From Methylophilaceae bacterium (GTDB lineage: Bacteria > Pseudomonadota > Gammaproteobacteria > Burkholderiales > Methylophilaceae): a stretch of 64,000 nt of DNA. The notes beneath the pieces are model-generated. The model worked only from the letters and a program-made list of their open reading frames with translations, had not been told where the DNA came from and ran no database searches. Every line of letters starts with the position of its first letter. Position 1 is the stretch's first letter. The stretch covers positions 13,655 through 77,654 of the forward strand of contig SPJO01000124.1 in assembly GCA_006844635.1 (NCBI GenBank). Direction: 5' to 3'. The position numbers and the translations under genes are program-made. Below are positions 59,366 to 64,000 of this stretch, one piece after another.

Positions 59366-59902
59366 TTATTCTAGGTTCGCGTGTAATGCACGCATACCTT
59401 GCTCTGTTAAGTCCTCAGCATGGATTAGCTCAGAGATAGCACCTTCTAAGAAGACCAATGTTGAAAGCTCAAATTGTGAGCCCATTGGCATCCCTTTAGT
59501 TAGTGGGAAGCTATCGTCTTGACCAACTTGCACAACTAAATCTGCAACATCAGCCATTGCTGAAGATTTCTTCATAGAAATCACAGCCAATTTAGCACCA
59601 ACCTCTTTTGCTTTCTTCACGAAAGGCAATAATGTTGCCGTGCCACCTGAACCTGAAACTAAAATCAGTAAGTCACCTTCTTTAATCGCTGGCGTAACCA
59701 CTTCACCAACCATATACACTTTATGGCCTGAGTGAACTAAACGCATTGCAAAAAAGCGAGAAACTAATAAAGAACGCCCTGCACCACCGATGAATGTTGT
59801 ACCTGAGCTTTTCACTAAGTTAACTAACTCAGCTGCTTTGCTTTTATCTGTTACGTCTAAAATACGTTTTAAATTGTCTAAAATAAACTGTTGATGATCC
59901 AT
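59366..59902 (-). CDS. hxlB: 6-phospho-3-hexuloisomerase (SIS domain)
   Basis: 178-aa ATG ORF with SIS motifs 'FIGGAGRSLLVSRFFAMRLVHSG' and 'LLILVSGSGGT'. It lies immediately downstream of hps. Confidence 0.85.
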   Translation of the reverse strand: MDHQQFILDNLKRILDVTDKSKAAELVNLVKSSGTTFIGGAGRSLLVSRFFAMRLVHSGHKVYMVGEVVTPAIKEGDLLILVSGSGGTATLLPFVKKAKEVGAKLAVISMKKSSAMADVADLVVQVGQDDSFPLTKGMPMGSQFELSTLVFLEGAISELIHAEDLTEQGMRALHANLE

Positions 59903-59965
59903 TTTTCTTCCTTTAAATCTAATTGATTAACTTGATTCGGCAATTGTTTTAATAAGTACTTTAAA

Positions 59966-60002
59966 ACAAAAAATCCCGACACATTCCTGAGTCGGGATTT
60001 TT
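59966..60002 (-). terminator. Intercistronic terminator-like hairpin between hps and phi
   Basis: The minus strand reads AAAAATCCCGAC-tcaggaatgt-GTCGGGATTTTTTGTTTT. The stem spans 59975-59980 / 59991-59996 and is followed by a U-tract. Confidence 0.6.
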
Positions 60003-60038
60003 AAGCTCATATCAATAATTACTTATTGATAACAGTAA

Positions 60039-60671
60039 TTAACCGTGAGCAATTTTTGTGATTTCTGCAGCAGAAGCAGCAGGATCTTCAGCACCGTAGA
60101 TAGCTGCGCCAGCAACGATGATAGAAGCACCAGCGTCACGTACTTGAGCAGCTGTGTCAGCTTTAACACCACCAGCAACTGAGATATCAGCGCCTGTGTT
60201 TAAAGCAGCGATTGTAGCTAAATCGTTAAATGGTGTTTGGCCAGCAGCTTGCTGATCAAGACCAGTATGAACACCGATGATGTGTGCGCCAGCAGCAACA
60301 ACTTCTTTAGCTAGAGCAGCTTTATCAGCAACGTTGATCATGTCAACTTGTGCTTTTTTACCATATTTGTTTGCAACGTCGATAACACCTTTGATAGTAC
60401 CGATGTCAGCACAACCTAGAACTGTACAGATGTCTGCACCAGCTTTGTAGAATGGCTCAGCTTCGTAGAAACCAGCATCCATAGTTTTTAAGTCAACTAG
60501 GATTTTGTTGTTTGGGAACTTAGCACGTAGTGTTTCTAGTAATTTGATACCGTTATGCTTGATGCATGGTGTACCGATTTCTAGAATGTCAACGTGAGGA
60601 GCAACTGTAGCTGCTAGTGCAACTGTTGCGTCAAAGTCTAGTGAATCTAATGCCATTTGTGTTAATGCCAT
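60039..60671 (-). CDS. hxlA: 3-hexulose-6-phosphate synthase
   Basis: 210-aa ATG ORF of the OMP-decarboxylase-fold HPS family ('LDSLDFD', 'VDILEIGTPCIK', 'KILVDLKTMDAG', 'VAGG'). It shows strongly biased codon use, consistent with high expression. Confidence 0.9.
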   Translation of the reverse strand: MALTQMALDSLDFDATVALAATVAPHVDILEIGTPCIKHNGIKLLETLRAKFPNNKILVDLKTMDAGFYEAEPFYKAGADICTVLGCADIGTIKGVIDVANKYGKKAQVDMINVADKAALAKEVVAAGAHIIGVHTGLDQQAAGQTPFNDLATIAALNTGADISVAGGVKADTAAQVRDAGASIIVAGAAIYGAEDPAASAAEITKIAHG

Positions 60672-60854
60672 GGTTAATCTCCGATATAAAGTTAATTATT
60701 ACGACAAACGCTTTTAGTGTGTAAAAGCGTTTACCGCTGTTTTGTACTACTAAAAACTGGACACACATAATAAGTGCCCAGCAATTTCCTGTCAATCTTA
60801 AAAACCAATTTTCATCTACCCATTTGGGGTATGAAGTTCGTTTTTAAAACTGAA

Positions 60855-61805
60855 TTAAAGCTTTTCGCTCAATGCTGCTTCAAGTTTGTCTTGATCAGCA
60901 ACGAAACCACGAATGCCTTCAGAAAGCTTTTCAGTTGCCATTGCATCTTGATTTAGTGCAAAGCGGAACTCTTCTTCTGTCATCTTCGCTGGCGCTGTTT
61001 TAGATGCACCACCATCAGATAATACTTGTGTTAATGTGCCTTCTGTTTTCTCTAAGTCTTGTAACAAGCCTGGAGATACAGTTAAGCGATCACAACCTGC
61101 TAGCGCAATCAACTCACCAGTGTTACGGAATGAAGCACCCATCACCACTGTTTTGTAACCGTGCTCTTTGTAATATTGATAAATATTACGTACTGAAATC
61201 ACACCTGGATCTGACTCTTGATCATATGTTTCACCTGTTTTTGCTTTGTACCAATCTAAGATACGACCAACAAATGGTGAGATTAAGAATACACCAGCTT
61301 CAGCACATGCACGCGCTTGACCAAAACCGAATAACAATGTGAGGTTACAGTTGATGCCTTCTTTTTCAAGCGCTTCGCCTGCTTTAATACCTTCCCATGT
61401 TGATGCTAACTTAATCAACACACGATCAGTACCAACACCAGCTTCTTTGTATAACGCTACTAATTTCTTACCTTTAGCAATCATTTTCTCAGTGTTAAAT
61501 GACAAACGTGCGTCAACTTCTGTCGAAATACGGCCTGGCACTACTTTAGAAATTTCGATACCGATTAATACAGCTAGTTTGTCAGCCGCATTTTCGATTT
61601 GCTCTTCTTTGCTACCACCTTGTGCTTTTGCAAAAGCAATTGATTCTTCAATCAAGTGTGCGTATTGCGGCAATTGACTTGCTTTAAGCAATAATGATGG
61701 GTTAGTTGTTGCGTCCACAGGCTTTACTGATTTAATTGCATCTACATCACCAGTATCCGCCACAATCGTGGTCATTGATTTAAGTTGTTCTAATAAATTA
61801 GCCAT
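60855..61805 (-). CDS. tal: Transaldolase
   Basis: 316-aa ATG ORF with 'TTIVADTGD', '[12 protein letters not shown]', '[13 protein letters not shown]', '[11 protein letters not shown]' and 'CNLTLLF'. Confidence 0.95.
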   Translation of the reverse strand: MANLLEQLKSMTTIVADTGDVDAIKSVKPVDATTNPSLLLKASQLPQYAHLIEESIAFAKAQGGSKEEQIENAADKLAVLIGIEISKVVPGRISTEVDARLSFNTEKMIAKGKKLVALYKEAGVGTDRVLIKLASTWEGIKAGEALEKEGINCNLTLLFGFGQARACAEAGVFLISPFVGRILDWYKAKTGETYDQESDPGVISVRNIYQYYKEHGYKTVVMGASFRNTGELIALAGCDRLTVSPGLLQDLEKTEGTLTQVLSDGGASKTAPAKMTEEEFRFALNQDAMATEKLSEGIRGFVADQDKLEAALSEKL

Positions 61806-62021
61806 TACATCCTCCTAGAAAATTGCTGAACTTTTGCGTTATTTGTCGATTTGTAGAAATTTAACTAGAGCATTATATCGCAAAATAATCCTAGAATGAT
61901 TCGACAATGTGAATTTTCATCTATTTGTCATGTTCTTTAGATTGCAAAACAATGTTAATTAGATTGTATCGCCTTGATTACGCGCCTAACATGGCTGACA
62001 TATTATTTGGATGAAGTTGTT

Positions 62022-62918
62022 ATGCATGTTTATCATGAAGAAGATACTGCAACGCAGGCGTTAGAAATACTCACAGCCACCAACACATGGTTGCTAGCAC
62101 GCCATCAATGGTTAATTGATACTATGCGGTGCATTCTTACCGGAGAAAATCTACCACCGACAGACAAGCTAGCTACTTTTGATTATGTGATGCCAGAGCA
62201 CGTCAATCTGTCAACACACTTAATGCAGCACTTTACTGAGATTAGAACTGCTTTAGAAACACAGTGGCTAGAAGCAACTAATACGATTCATCCCATGTCT
62301 GGATTAACCGTTTATGAGCAATTAAACAGTTACCAGTCTTCGGCACATCACTTTATGCTTGCAGCAAAAAAGGCCCATCAAAAACTTTTAGAGGAATTCG
62401 CTATGCGTGACTCACTTACTGGAGCAAAGACTCGATTAACCATGGATGCCACACTCAAAGAAGCGTTAGAACAAGCTGAAGTTTCTGGGCGTCCTTGCGC
62501 TATCGCATTAATTGACCAGAATGCATTTAAAGCCATTAATGACCGCTGGGGTCATGTTGTGGGTGATGAGGTGCTCGTACAAACAGCGAACATCTTCCAA
62601 AACAACTTGAGAATGACCGACCAATTATTCAGGTTAGGTGGTGATGAATGGCTAGTCCTGATGCCGAAAACCACCAAAGTACAAGCGGATAAAGTCATGC
62701 AAAGAACACTAACAATCTATAATGCCTATCAGTTCAAAGCCCATGATGACACGGATTTTTCAACAACCTTCAGTTATGGCATTGCAGAGTCTAGTGAAGA
62801 GCTTACGGTAAAAATATGGTTAACCGAAGCAGACAAGCAGCTTTACGAAAATAAACGGGAAAGCGAGACTGTTACTCAGCATCAACCTGCAAATCAACAA
62901 CAGGTAAGCGCAAGCTAA
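62022..62918 (+). CDS. Diguanylate cyclase with N-terminal helical (CZB-like?) sensor domain
   Basis: GGDEF domain with the variant motif 'RLGGDEW' and I-site 'RMTD'. The ORF track starts at TTG 61974. I use the first ATG at 62022 ('MHVYHEED...'), giving 298 aa. Confidence 0.8.
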   Translation: MHVYHEEDTATQALEILTATNTWLLARHQWLIDTMRCILTGENLPPTDKLATFDYVMPEHVNLSTHLMQHFTEIRTALETQWLEATNTIHPMSGLTVYEQLNSYQSSAHHFMLAAKKAHQKLLEEFAMRDSLTGAKTRLTMDATLKEALEQAEVSGRPCAIALIDQNAFKAINDRWGHVVGDEVLVQTANIFQNNLRMTDQLFRLGGDEWLVLMPKTTKVQADKVMQRTLTIYNAYQFKAHDDTDFSTTFSYGIAESSEELTVKIWLTEADKQLYENKRESETVTQHQPANQQQVSAS

Positions 62919-64000
62919 AGGTTGTTGGCTGGCCCAAGTCACTTTCCACGCGTACAGCACCCAGATGCTTTTCCGCTACTGTGCGCACAAAGTACAAGCC
63001 TAAACCTGATCCACCCGCCATTTTTTCATGACCCTTCACTCGTGAGAAACGTTTAAATAAATCCGCTTGCTCACCAGCGGAGATTCCTCGCCCATCATTC
63101 GTCACAGAAAATGTCGCGTGGGTTTTTTCAGCATTTGTTGTCAGCTTAACCAAGATTCCAGTCTGTTCAGCGCCATATTTCACTGCATTTGTCAGTAAGT
63201 TAAGCATCGCACGATGCAGCAAGCCAAAATTGCCCGATACCCAAACAATGTCCTCGCCTAAATCACGCTCAATCACCATCCCTTTTTGGCTGGCCGCTTC
63301 ATATGCATCATCAATGGTTTGATGTACCAAGCCTAACAAATCCACCTCTTGAAACTGTTTTCTATCTAGCATTTCTGCACGTGAAGCTTGTAAAAAGTCT
63401 TCCGCTAGCTGTAATGCCTGTGATAATGGCTGTTGCAGTTTTCCTTTTAATTGTTGATGTGTCTCTACTGTCATCAAGGCTTTTGCAATTGGCGCTCTTA
63501 AATCATGTGAAATAAATGCAAGCGTTTCTTTTCTGTCTTGATTCAAAAAGTGCAGTTGTTCTGATGCTTTTCGCACCTGTGCGATACGCGCATCAAACTT
63601 ATCGTAGCCAGCCAACTTCAGGCTACCTTCCTGATTCGGCAAACTCATGATGTTTTTTCGTAGATATTGCAACTCAAAATCTAAGAAACGTTGTGCAGCT
63701 TCTAACTTACGCCAACTCCATAATGGATAGGCCAACAACAAAGCCACCATCGCTGCGGATGGTGGTAACCATAGCCCTGCTAACTTAGGTAACACCCCAG
63801 CCAACAAACCAATTAGCACCATGAATAAAATCGTACTGACAAAGCCGCGCAAACCCGGCAATTTAGGCATCCATAGCAAAGGCGCAACCGATAGTAACAA
63901 TACCGTGGCGAGTGCAATTGATCGTGGCACTTCTGTAATCAAGCTTTGTTGGCGGATAGATTGCAACACATTTGCATGAAACTCCACACCAGCCATGGGT
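62872..64000 (-). CDS. Sensor histidine kinase, C-terminal part (end of CHASE2-like domain, TM helices, HisKA, HATPase_c); 5' end lies outside the window
   Basis: H-box 'FISHDLRAPI', N-box 'LLTNAVKY' and G-boxes 'NDGRGI' / 'GSGLGLYF'. The frame stays open to the window edge, and the sequence before the TM helices ('AGVEFHANVLQSI') resembles the end of a CHASE2 domain. Confidence 0.8.
   Translation of the reverse strand, partial: PMAGVEFHANVLQSIRQQSLITEVPRSIALATVLLLSVAPLLWMPKLPGLRGFVSTILFMVLIGLLAGVLPKLAGLWLPPSAAMVALLLAYPLWSWRKLEAAQRFLDFELQYLRKNIMSLPNQEGSLKLAGYDKFDARIAQVRKASEQLHFLNQDRKETLAFISHDLRAPIAKALMTVETHQQLKGKLQQPLSQALQLAEDFLQASRAEMLDRKQFQEVDLLGLVHQTIDDAYEAASQKGMVIERDLGEDIVWVSGNFGLLHRAMLNLLTNAVKYGAEQTGILVKLTTNAEKTHATFSVTNDGRGISAGEQADLFKRFSRVKGHEKMAGGSGLGLYFVRTVAEKHLGAVRVESDLGQPTTFSLRLPVVDLQVDAE

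Noticed and set aside
1-64000. Search for CRISPR arrays, transposases/IS ends, integrases, prophage genes, toxin-antitoxin pairs, restriction-modification or other defence modules, and rRNA, tmRNA, RNase P or SRP RNA genes
   Set aside because: None were recognised. All ORFs over 100 aa are accounted for by housekeeping, signalling, transport or C1-metabolism families. The few long spacers contain no arrays of direct repeats.

Overview
This is a 64-kb, moderately AT-rich segment that reads as core chromosome of a betaproteobacterial methylotroph. The organism looks Methylophilaceae-like. That is inferred from the RuMP genes hps/phi/tal, a block of H4MPT-associated accessory genes and overall protein similarity, and was not confirmed by any search. 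I call about 60 intact CDS, 3 tRNAs (Asp-GTC, Val-TAC, Leu-TAG), several intrinsic terminators and two promoter candidates. I saw no rRNA, CRISPR array, transposase, integrase, phage gene or recognisable defence island.

Most of the window is housekeeping with E. coli-like synteny:
- queG<>tsaE-amidase-(diguanylate cyclase)-mutL
- rluC<>rne
- crcB, then orn ... rsgA
- gloB<>methyltransferase-rnhA-dnaQ-rfbBACD
- mltD, then a peptide-type ABC importer followed by fabI
- tRNA-Leu-tig-clpP-clpX-lon-hupB-tRNA-Val-tRNA-Asp-ppiD

The accessory-looking content is:
- five c-di-GMP turnover genes (3 GGDEF, 1 HD-GYP, 1 degenerate-GGDEF/EAL)
- a CzcCBA-like RND efflux operon
- a pore-loop channel with RCK domains
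- a truncated CHASE2-type histidine kinase at the right edge

I did not find a clear-cut new multi-gene system. The best second-look candidates are:
- the six-gene block of H4MPT-linked genes with unassigned biochemistry, next to the RuMP genes
- a translationally coupled deacetylase/HD-GYP pair followed by an EAL gene
- an orphan plus-strand terminator with an anti-Shine-Dalgarno motif in the crcB-orn spacer (possible sRNA)
- a diguanylate cyclase embedded in the tsaE-amidase-mutL operon

All calls rest on reading the translated ORFs and the DNA by eye. No BLAST, HMM or Rfam search was possible.
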